From NCBI GenBank assembly GCA_040954595.2, contig CM082582.2, positions 13,428,327 to 13,492,326 of the forward strand: a DNA stretch of 64,000 nucleotides, in the 5' to 3' direction. Position numbers and translations under genes: made by a program. The stretch's first letter is position 1; each line of letters opens with the position of its first letter. Shown here in pieces: positions 38,901 through 50,900 of the stretch. The notes beneath the pieces are model-generated. The model was not told the origin of the DNA and did not search any database. It saw only the letters and a program-made list of their open reading frames with translations. Source of the stretch: Balanoglossus misakiensis. Its lineage: Eukaryota; Animalia; Hemichordata.

Positions 38901-41900
38901 AACTGTGGCAAAGCATATATTCTGAAACTGAAATTGATATTATTGTTTTTCAATTAATAAACCTGCAGGCACATGGATACAAAGGAGTTCTAAGTCTTCT
39001 GGCAAACTCTAAAGATGACCAGTTGATATCTGCTGGTTTAGGTAAGAATAATTTTATGGATACATTACATGTTAAACAGTGGGTTTGATCAATGTTGTGT
39101 TCATACCTTGTTAGTGACAGACATACATGCATCAGTCCCCATGTACATGTACAAGAAAATGTGTGCATGTTGTTAGCTTTCGGACTATCAAATTGAATTG
39201 ACTTTTCCACTAATGGGAAGGTACCTTGAATGGGAACTCGCTAGTAGTTGGCCGATAAAGAAAGGTTTAATTCTCAGGACAAAGTATGCATTCACCTTAC
39301 ATAGATTAAACAATTCATATTTACAATCATTGCATGCTTCAAACTCAGAATGCGATCATGAGTATGATAGTAAGTACCAGCATAAAGACAATAGTGTGTC
39401 CCCCTCCGTGTGGTCTGGAGTTTTTTCTCCCAGCCTTGACCAACTGCTCCATAACCCTATGACTGATCCTAGCTGCATTATTACAGATCCCTTTTATCTT
39501 TCACTGCTTATAACATCAGAGTCCTTGAAAAAACTAGCTAATCCCACAAGAGAAAAAACCTGCAGTTAACATGTAACACAACTCCTCATGTACTAAGACA
39601 AGTAGGAGTTTCATCCCTACCATCATGCAATAACCAATACTGCTACTTGCTATTATAAATCTGGCAAGTTCTGAGGGTGACACCCCCTTATTAATAACCA
39701 AGACAGCAGCCCATGCAACACATACACTCGGCTCTTGCACCAGGGGGTGTCACCTTAATGTGCACACTCCTTGTCTGTCATCTACACATTCTTCATTCTG
39801 TGCACAAACAAATGTTTTATGTGTGTTTGCATGGCGTCTTGTTCCTCTAAATAATGTGTGCGTTTAAAACAACAAGTAACTGTTCTAAACATACTAACCC
39901 ACTGATGTTTATTTGTCATTTGTGATTATTTGGTGCAAAATTTCAGATCCTGAGACTTCAACTAGTAAGTAAATGTACTTCATGGCCACCTCGTTCAATG
40001 TTTTTGTCTTACTTCATTCCGATTATCTCAGTTATAGATTTTCTTCAACCAACCCTTTTTCCCTAATGCCATACTGGTCACTCAATTGTTACGTAGCTCT
40101 ATGTAGTGTTGTTTTCGAAGCACTGGTTTTGGCAGACACTTTCATAGAAATTTTTGCACAAATAAGCCTGAAATGCCAGAATTCAATGCCCTGTTATCAT
40201 TATAAAATTCAAATTTGATGAGTACTTGCCAACACCAGTGCCAGTTATGTACACACTCTAGTGCAGTCTTTTGTCTAATCGTAGTGTCAGTGATGATTTC
40301 ATTGTTTCTGTGTTCAGTGTTTGTCTGTCACAATCATTTGTCTCCTATAGATGTCCTTGAACCACAGTCACCCCTATTCTCCCATAATGGACAGGCCCAG
40401 CCATATCTTTTTAATTAGTGGCTGATGGTGAAAGGATTCAGGGATGAGGGATTGGGGGTGCATATGCTGTTGTGTCATCAAATTATGTCAGATGATTTCC
40501 TTGAGATCATATTTGTATTAAAATAAGAGTATTTGCACTTTACTCTGTGGATCTCAACACGTTAGCCAACAATCATACACCAGCATCCTACTTTGAAATT
40601 CTCTTCTTTGACAGGAAAGTATCAAAGACGCACATCTTGATCATTTTATTCTTGCAATTGTTCATCGCAACTAGCACCCACCTGTATCTTGATATCCTGC
40701 ATGTGTTCATATATGCTTCTTTTGTCCATTTTCCAGACAACGTCATCAAAGTCTGGCGGGTATTTCCATTTGCTGAAGAGTCTCTGGCCCCACTGATGTC
40801 ATTCTATTGTGCAAACACTCCACTCCACATGTCAGTCATGAGAAGTAATCTGATGGTCGCATTTCAAGAACCTGCCACTGCCACCTACACTGTTGTCAAG
40901 TATGACATCAATACCAAAAGTAAGCATACAATAAAAATCGTTACTTTCTTGTTAAAACAGGCATTTCTTCTTCTAAGGACACCACACTTTGTTTGATTAC
41001 CTGTGTCATTCAAACAAATGTGTGGTGATGTGAAAATAGTTTGCTTTCTTTGTTTGTGATTTTTGCTTTTCAAACAATATAATTCGTTAAAGAAATTTGA
41101 GTGGACTCTAAAGAATAGTTTAAAAACACCCGGACAAACCTGCTTCAAAACATCCTTGAATTATAAAGCAGACTACATGATACATGTATGTCTTACATTA
41201 TTCCGTTTCATTTCAGATCGATTTGATCACAGCCCAGATGAGGATCACATTGATGACGTGACAGGGTTGTGTTGTTGTCCAAGAATGAGAGTGACAGCTT
41301 CATGTAGCAGTGATGGTACTCTGAGAATATGGAATGAAGCCAACAGACTCATTAGGTAAGAACGACATGGTGACAATATATTATCATACTCACGATGGAT
41401 CATGTTCACACTCTTACATACATCTTCAGGGATGCAATATCTTAGAAGTTTATAATATTACTGGCTCATACAAATCTAGAAAGTCCTGAACTATCAACTG
41501 GTGCCACAAGTACTCAATGTGTCGTAACATGTTTTTTTTCTTCTAGGATTGTCAAGTTAAATGCTATACCAAGCAGTTTGTGTTTCTGTAGTCAGAAAGG
41601 AGACCTTCTGATTGGTATCGGCAAACATTTACACAAGATTGAACACCACAAATGTAAGTTAAATTGAGATCAGAGTGATTCTCACTCAGGAATGTTGTTT
41701 GGTCAAGTAAACACTCTTCCTGAAATCTTCCTTATATACACCCACAGCACTTCTGTCTTAGAAATCTCTAACCCTTTTATCTCCAATCTGAGCACAGATA
41801 TGCCTAAGGCGTACATGATGAAGATGGTATCAATGCAGTTTCCAGAAACAGTCTGTGAAGATCCCTTACCCTACGATGGTGACTTGTTACATTACATGTC

Positions 41901-44900
41901 AAATGATGATGTTAAGAGGTTAAAGAATGCACACTCTTCATTATACAAGTATGTATCTTTTTAAATTCTCCAATCCTTTATTTTTTCTTGTGATATGGAA
42001 AAGCTTACATTCATTCTCAATGGTGTGTTATGTCCAAGTGGCATGACTGTTTGATATGACAACCTGCAGTATGGATATATCAGAAGTTGGTAGGGGGATG
42101 TAATAAGAAACTTTTCTATTACCTGTATCCATAGTAACCAGTTGTTGCATTTCTCCATCCATTGCATCAGGTTCGATCACTTTGTGGATGTACTGACCGA
42201 TGAAGAAAATGAAGAGTTGACAAAAGAAAAGAAAACCAAAGAGAAGGTAAAAAATATAGTTGTGTATGTGCTCAGGAAAAATATTTTATGGGGGAAAATT
42301 ATGCATATTCTGATCAATGTCATTGCATCCTAGGAGTATGCAATGTTAGCAGCCAGAGACACAGAACTGAGGAAGATCCGAGATGGAGAGATAGCACTGA
42401 AGAAAAAACCCAAACCACCTCCAAAAGTCAGAGAAGAAGCTTTCCAGAAATACTTACAGTTGCTTCCTAAAGCGGAAAAAATATTTGTAAGTGTTTTGTA
42501 CAATGCAATTCGTCCAAATTTTTGTCATTTGTCCTGCAGAAAGTTTCTCTTACCTTCGTACTAGACTTACAAGCTTGTGTGATATCTATGATTCTGATGA
42601 ACCTTGAACACTTTTCACCAAATAATTCAACATTTCTCGTCTATCATGTCATACATATTGATTATTTCCAGGTTCCTCAAGAAGATAGATTCAATCCCAA
42701 TGCATTTATGGAAGTAGCGGATGAGCGAGGTGAGAGGAAAACATGCAAAATGTTGTCTACAAACATCAATCTACAATAACTAAACATACTAGTGTTTTAA
42801 TGACAATACCTGGAATCTTTTCAGAAATAGTATTTCTTTTCTGCTCAGCTGAACAAGATGGACAAAGTAAAAGTTGTACCTTTGGTTTGGAACAATGTTC
42901 AGACTTTTCATGAACAGTTCCTCACCTAGAAGTAGATACAATTACAACAAATGATCTAAGATAATGAGTATGAAAATATCCGAAACATGAAAGCTGAGAA
43001 AAAATTATTGTGAATTGTGGTTTCAATTTGCACAGGAGAGGCACCATTCCGGGAATTTTCCCCAAGAGGGTTCTTCCCAAATCCTGACACCGTCATACGG
43101 GAAGAAGATGAGATTGAAGAAGAGGAAGGAGTCAAGGTGTCAAGGAAGAGACCTCTACCAATCAATCCATCCGGATTCATTCCCAATTCCGTTCTGCTCC
43201 GGTTGTTATGGAGGGAAGAAGACACAGCTCAGATGAAATCAGACACTTGGAGACCGCCTGCATTGAGTGAAGATCAGTTAGCTGAGATCAATGCTCGAAA
43301 AAGGGTGAGTGTTCACAGCTTTATGAGGCAGTCATGAAAACTGATCAGTTTCTAATCAGAGAGAGAGTACATCTGAAACTTAAAATTCTTCTGAAGACAA
43401 ACTTACAGACTGCTATAACAAATGATTTTCATATTCTTGTCAACACGTCATTATATTTTATATAAACATGTCAGGTACTTTTCTGCCAGCAGCATCTGTG
43501 ATTTATCGTACTCTTGGAATTGTTTAGTCTATTATTTAATGTTATTTCATCATGATTTTATGCTCTTTGTTTTTATCAACCAACCAATCACAGCCCAAGG
43601 AGGAGGACATAGAGGTGAACTTCCTAATCCCAGACTTGTATCTCGACCTCACATGACCCCAAATGTGTTTGTTTGTTTGTGTTCTGCATGTTTCCACAAA
43701 TAACTGCTTGTAACTGGCTATCTGTTTGCTGTGCTGTTTTGCAATGTACTAATGCATGCGCTGTGTATATAGACTGGTGTGCATTTTGCCTGGAGACTTG
43801 TCTGTCATATTGTGTGCTGTTTAAACATACATGTACCAACATGTCAACTCTGTACTTGCATGACCTGGACACTGATATTGGTCTCACGATATTGACCTCA
43901 TGTCTAATTAAATGACATCTTAGTCCAGAAACCTGATGACCGATGACATCATGATGGAAACTCTTACCTCAAAAGAGAGTTCAAAGTCTTAGAATGCATC
44001 CCTTAGAGACAGTAGGACTATAATATAACTAGTAGAGGTATTCCATGACTAGCTGGTGCGATGATCAGGTATAATACTGGTGCTCATCCGAAACCCTGAC
44101 AAAACAAATAAAAGATGCACATTATAAGTAAAGTATAATTACAATATGATAATGCATGGGTGTGATTTGTGAATTATACATGTTTATCAACATCATCATC
44201 TATCATGTAGTTGGTTAAAGTTCAACCCATCATTCCTGTACATTTATTTATACCCCTTCCTCTGTCTGTGTGTAGTTAATAGTTTTAGTGTGCGTGAGAG
44301 TTTGTGTGTCATTTTATTTGCCACATTGAAGGGACTGTTTTTTCTCACGTCTGACGCTGCAGCGAGTTTTCATCTGGAGTGATGAAGAAGAGGTATATTT
44401 ATCTTCATTTTTTTTTGTGATCAACTTTTTTTTGTTATCTGTGAAGTCTGTCAGTTGTTGAAGTACTGTATTGTGATTATCTGTATCTGATGTAATGTGC
44501 ATACATTATATTCTTAGAAGAATCTAGTTGTTATTCTAGGTTGTCTATCGAGTACCACAATGTTTTTGGTAACTCAAAGAATTGCTTCTTTGATAAGGTC
44601 TAGCAGAAAGAAAATATTGTCTTTTTTTATGTGACTTGGTTGTTCTTGGTGTGAAAATCCAAATTTCAGTAATCTGTGTTGTATTTTTATGGCCACCTCC
44701 TTAGTTTGGATTTCAAATTCAAATTGTATTGGTGTACTCATTTAGGTGAGAGTAGATGGATGGATGGATGGATGGGTGGATGAGTTTTATGTGAAAGGAT
44801 GTAATCTGTCTTCAATGCATGTGTTGTATCTGTTGATACAATATTGTGTACAAGTATGTGTGTTGCTGTGTGTCCCATATTGTATCTGTAGACTTGTGTA

Positions 44901-47900
44901 TGGTTTGTGTTCAGTCACATCAAAAGACTCCTATGGACCACATGGATGCTGCTGCTATTTTTTTTATACAGAAGTGTATGACAATAATTAGCTAGGCCAC
45001 AAATATGTAGTCACATTATACTGCCATGACAATTAATTTTCATACTCACAGCAAATATGAGAATGCATGCAATTGGTGATGTCCATAACAACTGACAACA
45101 AGCAATAGGGCTGACAACTAACCCTTTGCTAATCGTTTTAACCCTGTTTGTTGCCCCCCCCCCCCCATAATGTACTACATATAACATAATCATATTATCT
45201 TCTATTTCAATGCGCTTTTCTCAATAAGGAATATGTGTTCCCCTCACCTACGCCAACTCCAGAGGTAAACCCCACCCACTTGTTTCTCCAAACTGTCACT
45301 GGGTTGCACATTTTCATCTGCTGTCTGCGCTATTAGCAATGATTTCTTTTTTCCTGTTATTTTTTCTTCAATATTTTACTTTGATTGCTACGCTTTCATT
45401 ATTGATTGACATCCATGCAGAGAGTATACTTTCACCACACATTGGAGAAACATTTCTTCTTTGACATGTTTTCAACATCCATCCTCAAATTCATAGAATA
45501 AATATTATGAACATGACCCTGTATTTCACCCAACTTCATGAAGAGGAAGTTTGTTATCTGAAATGCAGAGACTGATCTCATTATGTGTGGTTGTCAGTCA
45601 GTTCTTGTTTTGCCTAACACTGTTCATGTCATCCTGTTTTTGTGAATTTAAAATGTTGCATGTTCATACCTTCAAGCAACGACAGTCACTCCAGTGGAGT
45701 GACTGTGAGTGAACACATCAACATTACAGCACTGCACAATTTCATTCATGACATCATCACCTGTGCTACATACAGTGAGAAATTGTCACTCTCCAAGATA
45801 CACTTTTACCCTCATGGACGTAAATCAATCTATAACATGAAATTCCAGTTGCTATCAAAGTATATAGATTGTTTTTTTTTTCTCCTAATTTTTAGAACAT
45901 TCTATTTTTTTTTAATATATCTTTAAAACAGTTTAATACTTTATAGTTACTAGTATATGATGCAGCTAAGAATTCTTCATAAAAATACTTTGCAGTTGAT
46001 TGTCACGTGGCAGTACATGGATACAAAATACTGATTACCAGGAAACCCCACACATCAATATAGATGTCCATTCCAGACAACTGCTGTGATGTTTTTTACT
46101 ACACATTTTCAAAACTGTCCATCATCAAAATGTGTGTGTATATTCAACAATCTGTGTGTTGCTTGCTTGCTTTTTTCCCATCATTACGCTTTGTGTGTGA
46201 TCATATCATACTGTGTGGAATGACAATTTGCTATTTTCAGTTCATGATGAGCTTACCAATGTTTGCTTGACATTGTTATCCCTGTTGTTTTTGTGCTTCC
46301 TGTCCTAAGTTTACGCTTCCAGCACGACCGGTTTCTCTCCCAATTTTTTGGTCTGAGCACAAGGAGATCTCATCTTGCTTGGGTTTCTTTTTAAAACCAT
46401 CTGTGCGTTCCTACAGGCCAAGAAGATAGAAGATATGGTGGAACAAGAGGAACGTGAGAAAGCTGAGATGGAACCGGTCAGAATAGCACCTAGGGCCAGG
46501 GTTCTCTTCAAAGATCTGGACATAGATCTGGAGAGATCTCCCACACCCCAGGAAATCGAGATCGAAACCCCACCACCAACTCCACCTCCGGAAGAGCCCA
46601 AAGAGGAACCCAAGGAGGAACCCAAACCACCCCCAAAACCCAAAGTGGTGCAACCCAGACGACCTATTCAGAAGCTGGTAGCCAAACCCAAACCCAAGAC
46701 ACCAAGCCCTGAACCACCACCTCCACCAACCCCATCCCCACCTCGACCACCAACACCTCTACCAGGCTTTATCACACAATTTAAAGGCGCTGAATGGTTC
46801 GAAAAATACTTTCCCAATGCTGGACCAAGTGTAAGTACTCTAGTGAAATTATACTGCCATATACTCAACTCACACTAAAGTGACTTCAAAACAAGCACTA
46901 TTGACTTCTTTGTATTGACTTCTGTTGTATGGTTGGGGGCTGAATTGACGCAAACAATTCTCACTGGCAAGTTCATTTCTTATAATGTATCTGTCTTGAC
47001 AGTGTTTCCTGTTTTTGCTAAATCTGAATTCCTGAAAAACAGACTTGCATTATGTCAGAAAGGATATTACCCTTGCTTTTTGATCCCTGATGACATCAAT
47101 TCACACTTTTTCATCTGAGTCCGTGCAAACAGTTAATTGTAGATGACACCTAAAGATATGAAGGGCGTAGATGACACACATTGGGAAGTGCAATGACATC
47201 TATTTTTTTACCACTGTGGCTTCACTTGCTGGGTAATTACTGTTTACATTCATACCGCACCCATCAATGTAACAATTGTTACATTCCATTCTTTGTTACA
47301 GACATTTCCCAAACCATGGACAGTGTCGGCTTTCACATCAACGCTGCTGAAACTTGAAAAGATCGCAGACTACGAGATGAAAACACAGATCGCAGACGCC
47401 ATGATGACCCTTCACTCACAGGATGGTCTAGCAAACTCACATCATGTTGCTGATACCATTCTGGCGTTATTGAACTCCTCATCTCCACCATCAGCACAGG
47501 ATGAGGAACAGAAGGCATTTATTCTTCATGCATTACGACTTTTACAGACTCTGGGATCACGTGATGAAGCAACTGTGGTGCAGATGATTGTACAGTATTT
47601 GGATGGAGATGATGAGATTAGGTCAGTTTATTCTCTTTTGCATCAAGAGGTATAACTGTCTTAGTTCTGGGAAATCATAAGACTTTACACTGACTTTTGA
47701 AACTGCTTCCTTTTCTGTAGGAGACATGTGCGCAATCTGTTCCTCCAGATGGGAATCCAAGACCCACATAATTACTTTTTCAAAGAACTGGATTCCTGGG
47801 AAGTGTGGAATCTGGATGAAGACAACCACAGAGAAGAACTCCAAGCCATGGCTAAGAGTTGGATTCAAAAGTGGCTGGAAATGTTTAAGGTTTGTCATCT

Positions 47901-50900
47901 GTTGTTTGTGTGTGGTTGGAACATGTGTGATTGACACATGGCCATGAGAACTTCACATCAATGTTTGAAAATGCCCCCTGAAAGATATTTTAATTGTGAA
48001 CATTGTAATTTCAAATTAGATGTCATGGACTCTTTAACAATGTGTTCATATACCAATGTTTTCACGCAGAACCACATAAGACGAACCATTGAACAACTGA
48101 AGAGAGGTAAAGTTGCTGGCAAAATATCAAAGTTACCAGGGAAACGGCAGACATCTCCATCAGAGCCCTCTAGAGGCATATTAAAGAAAGTAAGTCCTAA
48201 ACATCAATTTCTCCACTACCATTTTATCTGTGGTTTGGTTGAATCTATGTACATGTACCGGTACAGAGAGAATAGGGGTGAGAAGGTTCAATATTCAACA
48301 GGGAACTTGCAAACAACACAAAGCGATCAAAACATTCCTAAATGGTTTCATGGCTTGACTGTTGTGATCTTTTTGATCTTCTACAGGACGATGAAGATAG
48401 CATCGGAGACCGAGTGTCTACTGCTGGCAGTAGCGAGAGAGATAGGCTTACACCAAGACCTGTTTCACAGACTCGACCAATCATGGGTAACTTATCTACT
48501 TGCATCTCCATGACACTTATGCTAAAATAGACACACATTTATCAGATGTGAACAGTCAAATAAATATTAAAGCATGTCTCATGCAATCCTTTTTTCCCCA
48601 GTTACTTTTGATGCTCCGCCCGACCAGGCAACCATTAATAATGCTACTCCTATTGAAGCCATCAATTACTTCTGTGAAATGCAACTGGAGAAACATCTAG
48701 AGAGACTACGAGCCACAGAGACACCAGCAACCAGTAAAACTAAAGAAGAAGTCAAGAAAAATACCGTCCTTGTCTTGCCAAAGATCAAAAGGTGAGTTGT
48801 ATGAATAGTCCACTGGTCTCACATGTACTTGGCATAAAACTAAACATGAATGTATATCTGTGATTGCAGCATTTCCTGTGGGGTGTCACAGGAAGAGGGA
48901 GAGGGGCTGGATTCTACAGGGAAGATTCTTGTCTCATTGCAGCATTACATGTAGTTCAGTATTTGAAAGTCAAAGCTCACCAACAACACTCACCCCACGT
49001 TATTTCAGCCATAATGAAACACTGTTACACTTGGGATTACAACATGTCACATTCAGCCTTTTCTTTTTCCTCAAAATAACAAGGCTATTTTTGTTTTCAT
49101 TTTTCACACTGCTAACTAGGGAAAGCACTCAATTAGTACAGAGGTAATGTTAGGTGTGCTGTGACTGTGTGTATTCAGTTTGACATATGTAATACAAACA
49201 AGTTTGAGAAAAATATTAGGCTGCTTTAGCCATGGGTTATTATAAGTTTTGGTCTATAATTCATGTACAGAAGTTTAACAATCACACATAAAATGACTTA
49301 AACTTATGATCTGCTTCTGTTCCTAACAATTTGATACTTTCACTGAATGCATGCAATACACAGAGAAGTAGAAGATCCATCTGATCTTGACAGTGAAGCC
49401 AGGTACACAGACAATAATCAAGTGTTATTACTTTTGACTAAACCCATGTTTTGCTTGGTGCGACATTCGTGAAATATCTGCTAACACCTTGTTGTAGACA
49501 GCGCTAGCTGCTCCGGTTTCACTGCCCTTGCCATTGGAGGTTTCTTTCCCTATTTTCTAGGTACATCTACCGTCTTCTTTCTAACTGACATGATGTGAAG
49601 TGACACTTACCTCAATGATTTAGTCTCAACGTTTGATCTTTATGGCCATTTTAATCCTCCCTCTATCATTTCACATATTATGGGTGCCTCATATATCTGA
49701 AATGAAATTCATTCAATATTAATTTCATGTATTCATGTGGAATTTTTTTTTGATTCAATCATTCATGCAATCACAGGGATCAAGTAACTGAACTTCCAAC
49801 AAAATCTCCACAATCAGAAGATAATGAGAGGTACTTCTACGGAGGGAATGTTTTTTTTTTCTCTTTATTTTTTTTTTATCATCATGTGGCAAAGTGTCAG
49901 GATATTGCAGAATATTTTTACTGCTGCAATAAAGATGTCTAATACATACAGTTTGATGGCTTTGATAAGTTTCCATCGAGAATGTTACAACTAATCTATT
50001 TAATCTATTTAACTTAATTTTCTTTTTTACTTCAACAAAGCGAACTTGTGGAGTTTAAAACATCAAGGTAAAATTCCCCATTGAAAAAGTGTCTATGTAT
50101 TTGCAGCGCAGTTATGCTCTGAAAGGGCATGATGATACATTCACTGCTGTTTTGTGTTCCACTTAGTAGCAGAGGCCCAAGTGTTTATAAATATGGCCTT
50201 CAGGTATTAATGTACCAAAGAGAGAGATATTGCAATCTCTGTCAACCAGTTGTCAATTCTCTTTTTCACCAAAGATGTTCCACAACTGTGCATGGCAACA
50301 AAATGCACAAATCACTTGCAGACCATATCAGTCTGTCACACACTCAACACTTCTGCATGCATTGTATGCTAATGTTTTATTTCACTTTTTTCACCCTTTT
50401 CTTACAAAAGAGAGCTTTTCGAGGAGATGAAAAGGTATCATTTTGGTTTGGGTTTCCTCAAGCATTTTTCCATCTGACAAAGGATTTAGGCGAGCTACAA
50501 TGTCACTGACTTTCAGAGTATCACATCATTCAAATCAGCTGAATTCGTGGATTTTGGAATTCATTAAAAATTAATTTAAATAGATTTGTGGATTTTTGAG
50601 TTCTGAAGACCATTCAATGATACAGTGCCAATGCTTACATGCGTATTAATTAAAATTTACCAAAAAAGGGAAAAAGAAAAAGAGGAAAGACAACAGAGAG
50701 AGAAAGAGAGACAAGAAAGACGACAGCAAAAGAAACAACCAAAGAAACCAACACCACCTCTTCCAGAAAGGTATCAGTCATGCAATGTCAGATGTAGCCT
50801 CTTTGGTTTCTTGTTTTCCTTTGTGGATCCTTTTGAGGGTTTTTTCCCCAATTTTGGTTTGGTATATTTTTGAGAATACCGAGATATTTAAACTGATTTG

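Noticed and set aside
46311-46868. Gly-rich minus-strand ORFs
   Set aside because: Antisense shadow of the Pro-rich WDR97 exon 46417-46830.
49229-49239. CCATGGGTTAT match to the satellite inside a WDR97 intron
   Set aside because: Only 11 bp with no flanking similarity; compatible with chance.
49498-49560. Additional candidate cassette exon or zero-length AG|GT (recursive) site
   Set aside because: The symmetric versions contain an in-frame TAG and the open version breaks frame; recursive splicing is unlikely in such a short intron.
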